This document shows positions 32,822-50,074 of a stretch of 64,000 nt of DNA, piece after piece. How positions within the stretch are numbered: position 1 is the stretch's first letter; every line of letters begins with the position of its first letter. A program made the translations under genes and the position numbers. A model generated the notes under the pieces. The model was not told the DNA's origin. It worked only from the letters and a program-made list of their open reading frames with translations, and made no database searches. Source of the DNA: Yuukianura sp. NJ FZ-2021 (Eukaryota); NCBI GenBank assembly GCA_046563655.1, contig CM102290.1, positions 3,782,001 to 3,846,000 on the forward strand. Direction: 5' to 3'.

Positions 32822-33207
32822 CACACACCAGATTCCGAACAAAACAACGCTATTTTTAAAAAAACAGCAAAGTTTTGTTTTAAAGCTTTAAGTTAAAAAA
32901 GACTATTTGAAAACAGTGTTTAGTTTGTTTTCCTAAATTCCAAAATACAAGGATTGGCATGAGCCAAAACCACACTTACAACTAATGAGAATTCCAAAAG
33001 GAACTTGTGGTTGACCAGACCTTATTTTTAACTTTATTTTGATATTGAACCACCAAGAACTGTATTTACAGCATTACAGCAGCATTTTGTTAGTTGCATA
33101 TTTCGAATTTAGCAAATCAGAAGCATACTATTTCAAAAAATTCAAAATTTAAGCATATTTGGTATAATTTCAAAGTGCTTCCCAGTGGCAAAGATTCCAT
33201 CACAAAA

Positions 33208-33981
33208 ATGAATCTCTACCGAGCCATGCGTCTGGTCTCTATCGTATCAATTGTAAGTTATGAATTTCATGTTAATTGAATCCCTAGTACAAGTTTAAGC
33301 ATTCAGTTCAAAGGTCAAAGGTCATTGACCTTTAAGCAGTAAATTGACCTCCTGTTTTAGTGTTTCGGACTCCTTGCATTCCTGGCCACCAGTTGGGTGT
33401 ATTTGGGAACCCGGAACGCCACAATTCCAAATTCAACGAATTCAAGTTCATGGTGCCCAAACTTCAAAATTGAAACGAGGTCACACCAGTTCGTATTTGC
33501 CGCTTATAGACATGCTGAGCTTCTGCGCAGTTGTCTCGTCGTGGTGGTCGTGAGTCTTACTCAGGTCATTTCCGGTCTGGTGCTGTACTTATCGCCCCTA
33601 CAGGTCATATTTTAAAATAAAAAGTTTTTTTTTAAGTTGACCTCATTTTTGACCTCATTTTAACCTTGACCTTTACTTTTATTTTCCCAGGGCTCTCGCG
33701 ATCGGTCAAAGAAGTGGTTTTGTTTGAATGCCTGCTTGAACTTGGTTCTATTTGTGGCCTTTGCTGTTCCTTTGATGGATTTGAAAAGGAGGCCAGGGAT
33801 GACAGATGCAGTGGCAGATGACAATGAGTGCTTGCGGTCAATGACCTCATCTCTCCATCATACTGTCTTCTTTACCTCTGTTTCACTAGATTCAATTGTC
33901 CACTTTCTGCTACTGGTGTACTGCCTACTGATCCTCAGATACGATGACAACAGAGACTACGAACTTGTAGCCATTATTTAA
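33208..33981 (+). CDS. Uncharacterised 192-aa four-transmembrane protein, 3 exons
   Basis: Exons 33208-33252, 33361-33603 and 33691-33981 join in phase 0 with no stops. Four hydrophobic segments (LVSIVSICFGLLAFLATSWVYL; CLVVVVVSLTQVISGLVLYL; WFCLNACLNLVLFVAFAVPLM; SIVHFLLLVYCLLIL), N-glycosylation sequons NAT/NST/NSS in loop 1, C-terminal DYELVAII*. Confidence 0.75.
33305..33331. promoter_or_regulatory. Composite nuclear-receptor element (DR1-DR1-IR1; IR1 matches the ecdysone response element consensus)
   Basis: AGTTCA-a-AGGTCA-a-AGGTCA-t-TGACCT in intron 1 of the four-TM gene. Confidence 0.55.
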
Positions 33982-33985
33982 AAAA

Positions 33986-34162
33986 ATTTTTAGTCTATTT
34001 AAGAAGATTATTTTTAAAAAAGTCCAAATTTTTAAACCATTTAAACCGATTATTTAAACAAAGTCGAACTTTTTAGTAAATTTAAATCGATTATTTAAAG
34101 AAAGTCAAAATTTTTAAATCGATTATTTATAGAAAGTCCAATTTTTTAGTCCATTTAAATCG
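33986..34162. repeat. Degenerate AT-rich minisatellite (~40-bp unit, ~4 copies)
   Basis: Repeated ATTTAAATCGATTATTTAAA(G/C)AAAGTC(C/A)AAATTTTTA-like units directly after the four-TM gene stop. Confidence 0.7.
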
Positions 34163-36158
34163 CATGTTATATTCCAGAAAATGATGAAGAACCGTGGAAA
34201 TTTTTAGAATCTGCTAAAAATTTCATTTCCTTGAAAAAATGTTGACAATGAAAAAAAAAGTTACCATAACTTGTTTCTGCGACTCAGCTGGGTTGTTTTG
34301 TTGTGCTAAAAATTACTTAGTATGGTTCCTGTTTGAGCTAAGTAATTTACTTAAATTTACGAAATTTTTGCATAAAAAATTATGATTTTGTAAAATAAGG
34401 TAAAGTGGATTTTGACAGATGAGGTTGGGCTTACACTCCGTATTTCCCATTTCTCATAAGCCCAGGACTAAACTACACTTAAAATGGAGGTTAGCCCCAG
34501 TAGATTTGTTTGGCAATTGCGCATGGGCTTTGGTGTCAGTGAGGCAGTGAGTCGTGTCGTGGGAACTTAACATGAAGAACCAAAATGTCTGGGGATACAA
34601 AGCACTAGTAAGCACAACTTCTGAACCGTCTTCTTTCGTTAATTGCGCCCAAACGTAAAGTTACATGGTGACCTACATTTGTAGTATATAGTAGTACAAA
34701 CATTTGTTAAGTGCGGTAGTTACGAGATGAACCAGGGCTCAAATTCAACAGACAAATTGAAATTTACTTTTCAAAATTTTGGAGTTCGAGTACTACTCAA
34801 AAAAATTGGTACTTAAAAAGCAGAATTCCAATGACCTTCAATAATTTCTCACACAAATTTTCATATGTTCAGACAAAAAAAAAGGTGGAAGAATTTTGAT
34901 GTGCAAATTAAAAGCTTTTGTTTTCTTGCGCTACTTTAGTACTTCCGGTTACTTCTCAACTGGAAAATTTGGCAAATAAACATAAAATATTTTATATAAA
35001 ACAATTTCTATCGTCATTAGCAAAGTTAACAAATTTTGTTCTTTAGTCAATCGCAGTTTAGGTGCCAATTTCACCAGTCACTCTAACCTAATAAAACAAT
35101 TTAGTGCAATGTTGCTCTACATATGAAATGTTAGGTTACAAAAATTAAGTGTTAAAAGTCTCCTTTTTTTGTTTCAGTTTACTCTAAAAGTCAAAGTTGG
35201 TTAAAGTTAACTTTTAATTGTTAATTTTGTTTGTTCTCCTTTCGAAATTGCTAACCTTCTTAGAATTGGCGAACACGACAGCTTGAGATTTTTGCTCCTG
35301 AGGCTCTTTAGCTTACTACATTTTTGCACAGGCAAAATTTCCGTGTCTCAACGCACCAACAGGGAAGCGAATTGCATTCGTCTTCCTCAAGAATAGCATC
35401 ACTCACTTTACTTTTGGTTTAAATGGAAAGTGGTCAGCCAACAATAAAGTAGGAAACAAGCATAAGGCAGGAAGGTAGGCCAGCAACAACTTACAAAACA
35501 TTTTTGACACTACTTTTCAATTGGCCTTCAATTTAAGCAGCAATTGCCTCAGAAACAATCGGAACTTGACCTCAGTCAACAGTTTAGAAAGTTCAGAGCT
35601 CCAAAATTTGAAAACTTTCGGTTTCTACTGAACCAAAAGTAAGTACAAAAACAATAACTTTTGGAAGTTTTGAAAGTGTTCTGAGGAAAAAAAAATTGTG
35701 ACAGAATTTTTGGTGATTACGCAATTTGCAACCTAATCAAGGTTTTTGGATGAACATGCAGATGTGAATTTTTGTGTCATCTTTTTAGTCATCAGAATTG
35801 GGAAATTTGCAAATTTGGAACCAGTTTTTCCAGGGTTCATGGAACCAAGTGAAAGTTTATTTTTTTCTTGAGTAGCAAAATCTGAGTCAGTTGCAAAAAT
35901 TTTGGTGAAAAAAAATTGTGCTTGCGGCTAATTTGCGAAACTGTGTGAACTTTATGACGGCTTTGAATTTTTAGTAGCCAGATGAAAATCGAACAGTGAA
36001 AGTGCTAATAAACTTTTTGGTGAATAATGACCGCGAATTAGCAGAAGTCAGACTACAAATTTTCAAGGAATTTCGTAAATTCAAAATTTTGAAACCAAAA
36101 ACATTGTGATCAATTTATATCCGAAATCTGTGATCAGCGCAGCAGTTCATAACTGACA

Positions 36159-38083
36159 ATGGCTGTAGTTGGACGGATTTTACTCTTCCATAGTCTTTTT
36201 CTCCTGACTTGGATTCTTGGTCAGGTCGGGAGTTTCAGTGAGGTCAGAGGTCATGAAATTGTTCAAAACGGCTCAAGTCCACTGCTTTCCCGCCTTTCGC
36301 CAAGTTCAGCTTCAAAGGAATCCGAACTAGACAAAACGTAAGTGAGTTTCATAAATTTCATTTTTTTTGGAAGTAAAAAAAAGCTAGCAAAAAAAAACCC
36401 AAAGTTTTTCACACATGACGTTAAAATGTTCTTGTCAGTTTCGACTTTAATTTTTTTTATATTGTCTATCAACGTCATTTTTCAAGATCAAATTTCATTA
36501 CAATGAGATTCGAAAGTGACCTTGCCTTTTTCCTGAACATTTTGTTGCAATTATTTTAAATACGTAAATACTTTAAATTTTAGTTCTAATTTTTAATTCA
36601 AGGATTTTTGACTTTTTGTTTCTTTAACAGGTTGGGTAATACCTCATGTTTTTCGATTTTGTAAAAAAAAAAAAAGAAGTATGCTTTCATTTCGGGGCAT
36701 CGTAGTCGTAACAAAACAGCTATTTTTTTTTAAATTTTGCATACGAATTGGTACCAATTTTTCGGATTGGCGCTGATTTGGACTAAATGTTTGTTGTTTT
36801 TTTTCTCTTCTTTTTGTCAACAAGCGAGGTAGCGCACAACCTTTTAAAGAACATTAATTTTCCGTTGTCGAGGAACCTTGTTTCTAATTCAATTTTAATT
36901 TTTTAGTAAAAGTACCGGCAGCACACCATCGTCGACGACATCTAGACCGAGGCAGATAGGATCCTTCAGAGCCAGGAACTATTCTGCACAGGAGCATGCG
37001 CGGGAGTTTGCTCAATATGAAGCCGGTGCAGCAAAGGTTGTGATTCAAGATCTACTGTATTCTAGCAGTATCAATGTCAGTAGATCCGATCGCGCACGCT
37101 CAACTAACATCCCAAGCGTCATTTCCTACCATGATGGAGAAACGATTGCCACCATCTTCACTGATCCCACTGGCAACATCTCACGCTGCAACCTCTTCGA
37201 AATCAAGTACTACAAACTTTTTTTTAATTTGACCTTTGACCTTTTTTAGACTTTTTTCAATTTGGAATTTCAGGCGTCCAGAGGACAGCGACAGAATCCT
37301 TGCTCAATTTGCCAAAGAAACGCAGAGACCTGTTCAAAAAATTAGCTTTCGCACGATGCTTACGATCATCACGGCATGTCAAGCAATTGACCCTGTTCCA
37401 GGTTCCAACACGGTTCAGAACCATTCGGTTTTGACCGAAACCGGCCGAGCTCCACCAATCGACGTTCGGGCAATGCGTACAGTAGTTTCCGGAATCCTTC
37501 CAGGTAAGCAAACAGGTTCTATGTCATTGTGTCAATTGAATTGTGTCGACTGGAATTGTGTCAACGCTCAAATATGTCAACGGCTAATTGCATCAAGGAA
37601 CAAAGTGGTGTGGCCTAGGTGACATTGCGCAGGACTACGAAGATTTGGGGCAAGACAAGACTTTGGACAAATGTTGTCGTGCCCATGACCACTGTCCGAC
37701 CAAACTTCGTTCGTTCCGCAGTGGCTACGGTCTCATCAACTGGTCTCTCTATACAAAGTTAGCACATAATTAGTACATAATACACCAACTTTTGGCGCTA
37801 AATTTCGAAAGTTGTTCATCTCTAAGGATAAATTTGAACTTTTAGGTCCCATTGTGACTGTGATTCTCTGTTGTACGAGTGCCTCAAGAAAACTGGCGGG
37901 TCAACGGCAGAGCTCCTTGGCAACTTTTACTTCAACGTCCTTCAGATCCAATGTATCGACGAGGACAATCCACCACGTCAATGTGTCATCCGTGACAGAA
38001 GCAGCAACAGTTGTCGGACATGGGCTTCTAGTCCCACGAGTGACAAGGTCTTGTTCTTTAGAGACGTTAGAAGACAGTTCTAA
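36159..38083 (+). CDS. Group III (bee-venom-like) secreted phospholipase A2 with long N-terminal extension, 5 coding exons
   Basis: Signal peptide MAVVGRILLFHSLFLLTWILGQVGS. Exons 36159-36337, 36907-37206, 37274-37503, 37598-37757 and 37846-38083. Motifs ILPGTKWCGLGD (Ca loop), DKCCRAHDHC (catalytic His-Asp) and SHCDCD. Confidence 0.92.
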
Positions 38084-38136
38084 GGGTGAACGACCTTAAG
38101 AACCAAGGTTCCTTGACAACCAAATTGTATTTCCTA

Positions 38137-38313
38137 CAGCACGTTGTCCAATAACTCGGGGTTTTCAAAAAAAAATATTGCATCAGACGATTTTTTCCTC
38201 TAATTTTGTTTAGGTATATACTTTTCCCCCCAATTTTTCTTCAAACTAAATCACATATTTGAGAATTTTGGCAGATAATCGAAAAAAAAACCGAGTTATT
38301 GGACAACCAGCTG
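38137..38313. mobile_element. Tc1/mariner-type MITE just 3' of the PLA2 stop
   Basis: TA-CAGCACGTTGTCCAATAACTCGG ... CCGAGTTATTGGACAACCAGCTG-TA: ~23-bp TIR with 2 mismatches and a TA duplication. Confidence 0.8.
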
Positions 38314-41300
38314 TAGAAAAAGTTTTTCCTTTGTTGACAAACCTTGTTAAGCCCCTCAGATGACAACCGCCCACCGACCATTATGTTAGGCGCCACTAAG
38401 CATGTCACTTTTGAACCTAACTTTCATTTCTTCCGTTCCTTCACCAAAATTTCAAACGTTCTTTCTATAAACTTCTTTGTCCTAAACTTTTAATTTCATA
38501 ATTAAAACTTAAATTAATTTAATTAAGACTTTAGTTTCTGCCAAAAGCAACGGAAATTAAATGGCGTTTGTGCGGGAAAAAAGGGGGAAGTTTAAATTTG
38601 TGCATGTTGCAGTGACACATTGTGAATTTTATTTTTTATTTCCATGTCTTTGTCAATTCTTAACTTTACAAAATCAGGTCTAGAGGGACTAGGCACTTCA
38701 TAAGTCTCCATTCCACTAATTAATTTCAACAATTAATTTGACAATTAGGACTCTAGTTACTACCATAATTGAACTAATTGTGAGACTACAAATCTAATTA
38801 GAATCTAACTGTAGATGAACCATCTCAAGGCAACTCGTGAGTGAATCTGTTCAGGTCAACTTACAATTAAGCCTCCGGGGGGGGGGGGGTCAAAGTGGGG
38901 TAGACGTAAAAACTACACACGTTTTCATTTCATCCAGGTTTAGAACTACGAAAACTGTTTCTAAAGTGGTGGTGAAGGGGGGGGGGACGTACGTTACACT
39001 AAATGCTTTTTTGGTACAGGGGGGGGGGCTACAACCTATGATCAAGATCCTTAGGAATTCGTTGTACGCACTGGGTAATCCTAAAAATTAAGTGTAACAT
39101 TTTTTAAAGGTAAAGTTCATCCACGCACGCATTCAGTTACGATGACGTAATTTGTGCAGTAGGGAGAGAGAGAAAGGGGAAAGAGAAAGTCACATTCATT
39201 CACACAGGAAGTGACATTTTGAACCGCCAAATTTGAATTTTTTTCCAAAATTTTTTGACTTATTAACTAAACACTCTCTACTCTCTTAATTAGAACTAAG
39301 AATTTTTTTTATAAGGGTAACCAAAAAAATGATTTGCTTTGAGCTCAGGCGCATGTCCATAGAACACTCCGGTCATCCATTCTTCAACTCTCCACCTGAA
39401 ACTTTAAAAAACAAACAAAACAAAATGAAAACAAGAAAACAAAACAGTTTTTTAACAAAAAAAAAATAATAATAATAATAAAGCTTCACAGTTTTCAACA
39501 AAAATGTAAGATTTCCCATTCCCATTTTGTGTTTTTTTTTTCTACAGACACTACCGTGCTCCAACATTTTTTCGTCACCGAAATTTTCAAAAAATAGAGC
39601 ATTAAATGCGTACGACTTTTTTCCTTTTGGTTTTAATTTTTCAAGTAAAGTTTTTAGTTCTAAACTGGACAAATTTAGAGACAGATGCTATGGATTTCGA
39701 TACTGGAAAATTTAGAAAGTTTTAAAATATTGTCGTTGGAAAACTTACTCAATTCAACACCTTAGGCAAACGACATGTACGACACAATTTGACGCAATTT
39801 GTGACCTTTCGGATGATGACAGGTCAAGTTCTAAACTACGTCCACATTGCACCAATCCAACAACAATGTGAACTAAGTGTTAAGTTATAGGTTAGGGTTT
39901 CTAGGTTAGACGCTTAACACTAGTTTTAGTACAGCAATTATTTAGGCAATACCAACCAAGCTGACCAGCCCCAGGCCAATGAGCGAGGTCACGAAAGGTC
40001 ACCGGAAAAAACAAATTTTGAACAAATGATTTCCAAAATTTGAAATTTTGAAATTTGAAACCCGGTCACCAAGGCTCAAAGTTTCGAATTAACTTTGTAA
40101 TTTTTTTCTAGTGACGTGACCTCGACGTGACGTCATTGTGACCACGCTAAAACTAAAAGTGCAGTTCATTGTGGATGTTGTTAATATTTACAAATCACAG
40201 GGTTACGAGAAAAAACTCGTCAAATTATTATTACCAACACCTTAGAACTAGGTTAACAACAGTTATGTTAACAAGTACAGCAAAAGTCAGTTTAACTTAA
40301 TGTTAGTTTAAGCCTAGCCTAAATTAGAGTCCAAGCAAGTTAGTTTAGTTTTAAATATTAGCTTTAAGAAAAGAGGTAGACGATATTCACAAAAGAACAT
40401 GAGATTTTTCATTTTTTCACAATCAAGTTATTGTTAGGCTCCCAAAAACATCCTACCCCATTGCAGAAAATTTTTTAAAAAAAATCCTTTTTAAAGTATT
40501 TGTCTCTCATGTTGTAACTCTAATACAAGAAACAACTAAAGGCAACTCTGCACTATCACTTTTTTGCAGTTAAAAATCGTAATGAATAATGTTACATATA
40601 AGAAAAAAAATGTTTTTTCAAAGGTTTTTTCATGTTTTCTCCTTTACAAAAACCGAATTACAGAGATTTACTCGTCGTAATAACCTAATTATATTTTTTA
40701 CAACAATTTTTTCTCGAAATTTTGATCTATTTTACCCTAAATTATTCCCTGTACTGACATTATTTTAAATGCCCAAAATCAATGACTTCGTTTCTAATTA
40801 TTGCAAAATTTGCTGACTTTACCTTTTCGTTTTTGTTCATTTTTAAACCTAAAGCAATTAAGTAATTAGTGAAGTAATTACAATTAGCTGATTTTGTTAA
40901 GTAGTTAATTATTAGCAGTTACTCATGATTTTAGTAAGTTTTACTTTCAGATTACAACATGCAGAGGAAAAAAAACTAAAACTAAAATTAATTTGGAAAC
41001 CCAAAATCACATTTTACTTAATAGGCTCAGTATAATAACTTATTATAATCAAAAGCAATTCAATACCAAAAACTATGGAATTTACAAATTAACTAACTAA
41101 ACTTCAAGGTTAGTAGTCAATTGAAATTTGGCAAAATTATACAATGTAGACACACCTTAACTTAACCGTAAAGAATTGGAATTCCAGGAGGAGAGGAGCA
41201 GTAAGGTTGCAAATGTAACTCAAACCTTAAATTAACTAAAGTTAATTTAAATTTAAGAAAAATTTAACACTTAATTTTAGACTCACTTGTTTAATAATGA

Positions 41301-42148
41301 GAAGTTGTGTATTTTTGAGGTCTATAACGATGACGCCTTTCTGGGGAATCCTAATTCCGTTACTTGAATGCAGGAACTGGAAAATAGAGTAAACAAAGTT
41401 ATTGTCATGAATGATCCAATCCATGGAACTGGAAAGGTCATGACCTTTGTGACTCTGAAATTTTAGATTTAGTATACGCAGTAGGCCACCGGTTGTATAC
41501 AAAGGTGGTATTTTTTTGAAAGTTGGCAGAAAGTTGTCGATGACGGTGCTTTTTGAGTTAGTAGAAAAACTAGTAAGGGGGTTTGGAATGATTTCACGCC
41601 AAACACAGTTGCCTCACTTGACCGAATAGTAAAATGTTCAGGTCGGAGGTCACAAACAAAATTTTTTGGACTATAACACAGCAGATAGAGCAGTGCGATT
41701 TTAACAATGTCAAATTCCAAAAAAAAGTACTCGTAAAACCCGTCACTTCGTCATGACTGAAGGGTGGATAGGGTTTTTCAGTGTTTTCATTTTACATGAC
41801 ATAAGTTAAAAAATACGTAGTTTAAAAAAAGTTTCACACTCACGCAGCAGACGCTTCACTAACATCACAGAGTAGGTTCGAGATGTAGCATCTGCTAATA
41901 AATTGAATTAGTTAAATCGAACAAAAAACAAAAACAAAATCTTAGAGTTAAATTTTGTCACAAAAAAATGTACACATGATCTACTGTTGTACTTGTAGTA
42001 TTTTAGTATTTTGTAAAGAAATAGTGTGGAAGGTGTGATGATGATGATGACTTGAGTAATTAGACAAAACAGGGCTTGTAAATCTAATTAGAATTAGAGA
42101 CAAGACGGAGCGTTGTTAGAAGTTTTTAGAGTTGGATGTTAACGTTTT

Positions 42149-46351
<4,203 letters not shown>

Positions 46352-49300
46352 GCTGTTGACTCACTCACGTCCACGAATGAAGAACGTCCAGGAATCTTAA
46401 TTAATGAGTAAACGTTAGTTGGAGTCTCTCGAATCAACTCGACTTCTAGATAGATACTGATTAATTGACACTTGATAGTTGAATGAACGATGACTTTCAA
46501 GTATCAGAGACGGTACGTTCAAAAAAATCTAAACCCCCGTGTGTTAGTATGTGTGTGTTGGCCACGTCTCCTTGGTGGTCTGCTCACACTACTCAACTTT
46601 TCACACTTTACTTCGGCTGAGAAGAGTGACGTCCACAATTTACGTCACAACCTTTCTGAACGACAAACTTCATTTCCTAATCCCATCATGTGTCTCACGC
46701 TAATCAACAAAGGTGTACTAACCGCAGCTCAAATTAGGAATTTATCAATGTACACTATGTTCCAAAAATACAGAGTGGTTGCCGTGACGTTTCCTTTTCA
46801 AATTTCTACCTTAGGGTGGGTGGCAGAAATTAAGATAAGGTAGTCACTGTAGTCAAACACTGCGTAAATGTTGCAAAAACAATTCCACTGATTCTTCCAT
46901 TGCCATTTGGCTGCCAAGTCAATGTTCAGTTTAATTAGTTAGTTGCAAATGTTAGTTCAGGTGAATATTTGTGAATAACTTTAGGTGAATACAAATTATT
47001 GCTCGGAATTAAATGATGTTTCGCACGAACTACAGGTGTATTCTTCATGGATTTATATCGAATTGCAGTCTTCAAATATTTATGGAAAAACTTGAAGTAT
47101 ATTATGAAGTTTTAAAACATCAAAGCAAACTTTATAATCAAATATATTCCACGGTTTTAAATGGTTCAATGGTTTTAGCTTTGTTCTACATAATATGTTT
47201 TTTTTTACCGTTACGCACTTTTTTAAAACGAGTTTTCACTGGTATGATACAGTTCAAGGCAAAGTTTACGCTCAAAAACTTACTTACATTTCAAAAAAGC
47301 TTTCATACCTCTTCTTTTTATAACAATAGAAAATACAATTCCGTTATTATACTAAAGTTAAACGTTGTAAATGATGTTTGAATCAAATTGTTCCACTTTA
47401 GAACTTATCAGATGAAACCCATTCAGGGGATGACGTAGTATCCGGACTGTATCTAAGTTCCTTAACCGAGCAGCTGATGACTAGAAACCACGCAGTTTCC
47501 TCAGTATAAACTCCAAGTTCGCAATTTTAGGAAAGAATCAGACTAGTTTTCAAACTTGTTTGAACAGTGGTGTTGCAAATATAAAAATTATAAAAACTGG
47601 AATCCGTTTTCCTCATTTCGTGTCATTAATTGATTAGCACATAACCTAATCTCTTAATTAATGAGTAACTTTTTTCCAAAAAGTGTTCCAGTATCAGGCA
47701 GTGGGTGGGAGAGAGGAAAAAAGACTTGGCGCCTTCTGATTGGTCCATTTGAAATGAACATGAGAATGTTACACTCGCGGATTCTTTACTTTCTCTTGTA
47801 TGCCTCGTTATAATTTTTAGTTCTATTATTTAAATATAATTTTAATGGAATTTGATTTAAATGTTAGTTTAATTAAGCTTTAATTAAACTACTTTAACAC
47901 GTTGTCCTTGGCGCTGAGCTAAAATTCTGATTAAGATGTTGCTTCGTTAAGAATTTCGATCAACTTATATTTTTAACATGAAAAACCGGTTTGGGCTAAT
48001 TTTTTGGTTAACTTGAAGTCAGTTCTAGTTAATTAGCAACGCTATTACCGAACGTAACTTCAGCCTTGTTCTAAGGCTGCTCATGCGCATGCGTAGTAAA
48101 ACGGCATGATCTAGTCAGTGTGTTAAGACATTCCCACGTCACCCACCAGATCTAGCTGGGCATTACTCCAATTTCCCCACTGGGCAACTAGACCAACTCA
48201 ACTTTTAACATTAACCAATTGTTAACTTTATCCTATTTCTAACTAACCTAACAATTTTCTTCTACCTCGATGATGAATTTAAAATTCCCGGGGCTTTCAA
48301 GTTTTATGTTCTAATGGAATGTACCGCTACTCTTTGTCGGTTGAAAGCAGACCTCTTTTGAAAAATCCCGGGAATTTTTTTTGAACTTTTCAAAACTAGC
48401 TCCTCCGCATTCCACGCTTCAGATGCTATGCTCCAACTCTAGTCCAAGCTACTTCCTCTAATCATTGCACAACATTTCCAAAATTGTAATTAACTTTTAG
48501 TTACAATTAAATTAATTAATAGAATTTCCAATTAACTTACCTTCAGCTGGAGAGTGTCTCCCTGACTTCTTTGTCCTCGTCACTTGAATCAAGTTTGCAC
48601 TTTTTTTTTGAAAAGTTGTTTTCCGAATCTCAAAATTTGTCTAAACAAAAAAACTAGTCAAAAAGGTAGAAGGTTGGAAGTTGCCCTGTAAGCTCTGCTG
48701 AAGAGAGCTTCAAAGCGTCGTCCAAAGGAGACAATTAATCAGGTCGAGAGTCTAAATTCAATTGAAACTTGAACAAGGAGTGGAGCGGGGATTTCAAAAA
48801 AACGGAAACAAACGCTACACCACACCGCTGGTCGTACTGGGAGCGTTGCTACCGTGTAGACAAATGTGAGATCCCAAATTTCAGCCTCAGCCTTTTTTAA
48901 TAACTTTCCTGGGCCAGGGACAAAGTTTAAAAAAAAAGTTTTTCAAAGAAAAGAAAAAAAATATAGTAATAGTACTTGAACTGTTTGAACAGTTTGAGAA
49001 CAAGTGTATATCGGATATGCTAAATTCGCACTCTCCTCACCACTTGAGCTTAAAACTTGGTTGTAGGGAGATGAGCTTGTTCAAAAAACAGTTTCTAAAA
49101 ACAAATCTAAAAACGAGCTCCACCAACACCCAAACCAAAAGAAACTTCTGTTAAGTCAGTGCCAATAGACGTGCAAAATATCTAAATATAACGTCTTGCT
49201 GCTCCTAACTCTTTTCCACTGTCGTCCCGATTTTTAAGAAAAAGCGTAGGCTTTGGATATAACGTTAACCGACTAACAGTAAAAAAAACGCATATAACTC

Positions 49301-49776
49301 TCGGCGTTACTTTTTTTGAAAATTCTAAAACAAAACTTGGGTCTGAGCCTACTGCTTGCCTTGGAAATTCGAAGAAAGTGATATCCAAAGGTAGAAGTCG
49401 AGAACAAAAGGATTCCAAGTCCTTGTTAATTGACTTCCTTCACTTCCAATTTACTTTTCCGTTTGGTTCTAATGTATCTAGGAGCCAAGAAATGAAGATC
49501 TGGAGCATGAACGAAAAAACAACATGGACTCACACCCTGGGCTTGAGGCCTCTCCACCACCACAACTTTATAAACACTAATGAACAGGGAAACCACATTT
49601 AAAATGAGGACTTTCTAATTTTTAAATAAGGAAGAACCAGAATGGACGACTTTTGGAACGGTGACGCTTTGAGTCCTAACTTCGGAGGAAACAGCAAAAA
49701 AAAAGTTAATTGATATTTTGTTGATTAGTCCTAAATGTTTGATAAAGTACGCAACGTAAGTAACCTTAGGTACAAA

Positions 49777-50074
49777 TGGTTCCATGCCATTTTATCGAAT
49801 GAATTACAACGAAGCGAATTTCCGCGAATGAATTTCCCCGAGACCAATTTACTACGAAAGTGAATTACAACGAAGGTTGCAATTCAAGGTAGCCTATAGA
49901 AGAATACCAGTTTGATGTTCTACAGTGTTTCATTCAGTGAATGAAACTTGTAATTCAACTTTCGTTGTAATTCAACTTTCGTTGTGATTCGATTTTCGTT
50001 GTAATTGGTTTCTGGGAAATGCATTCGGGGAAATCCGCGTCGTTGTAATTCATTCGATGAAATGGCGTGCGCCG
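49777..50074. mobile_element. Foldback/Mutator-like non-autonomous element with ~80-bp TIRs
   Basis: Left arm GCCATTTTATCGAATGAATTACAACGAAGCGAATTTCCGCGAATG... is mirrored by ...CATTCGGGGAAATCCGCGTCGTTGTAATTCATTCGATGAAATGGC. Internal GAATTACAACGAA subrepeats. Flanked by a direct GGTACAAA repeat (49769-49776, 50075-50082). Confidence 0.75.

Noticed and set aside
47013..47381. 122-aa + strand ORF in the SERCA 5' intron
   Set aside because: Very AT-rich, F/L/K/Y-biased, no domain or splice support; likely chance.
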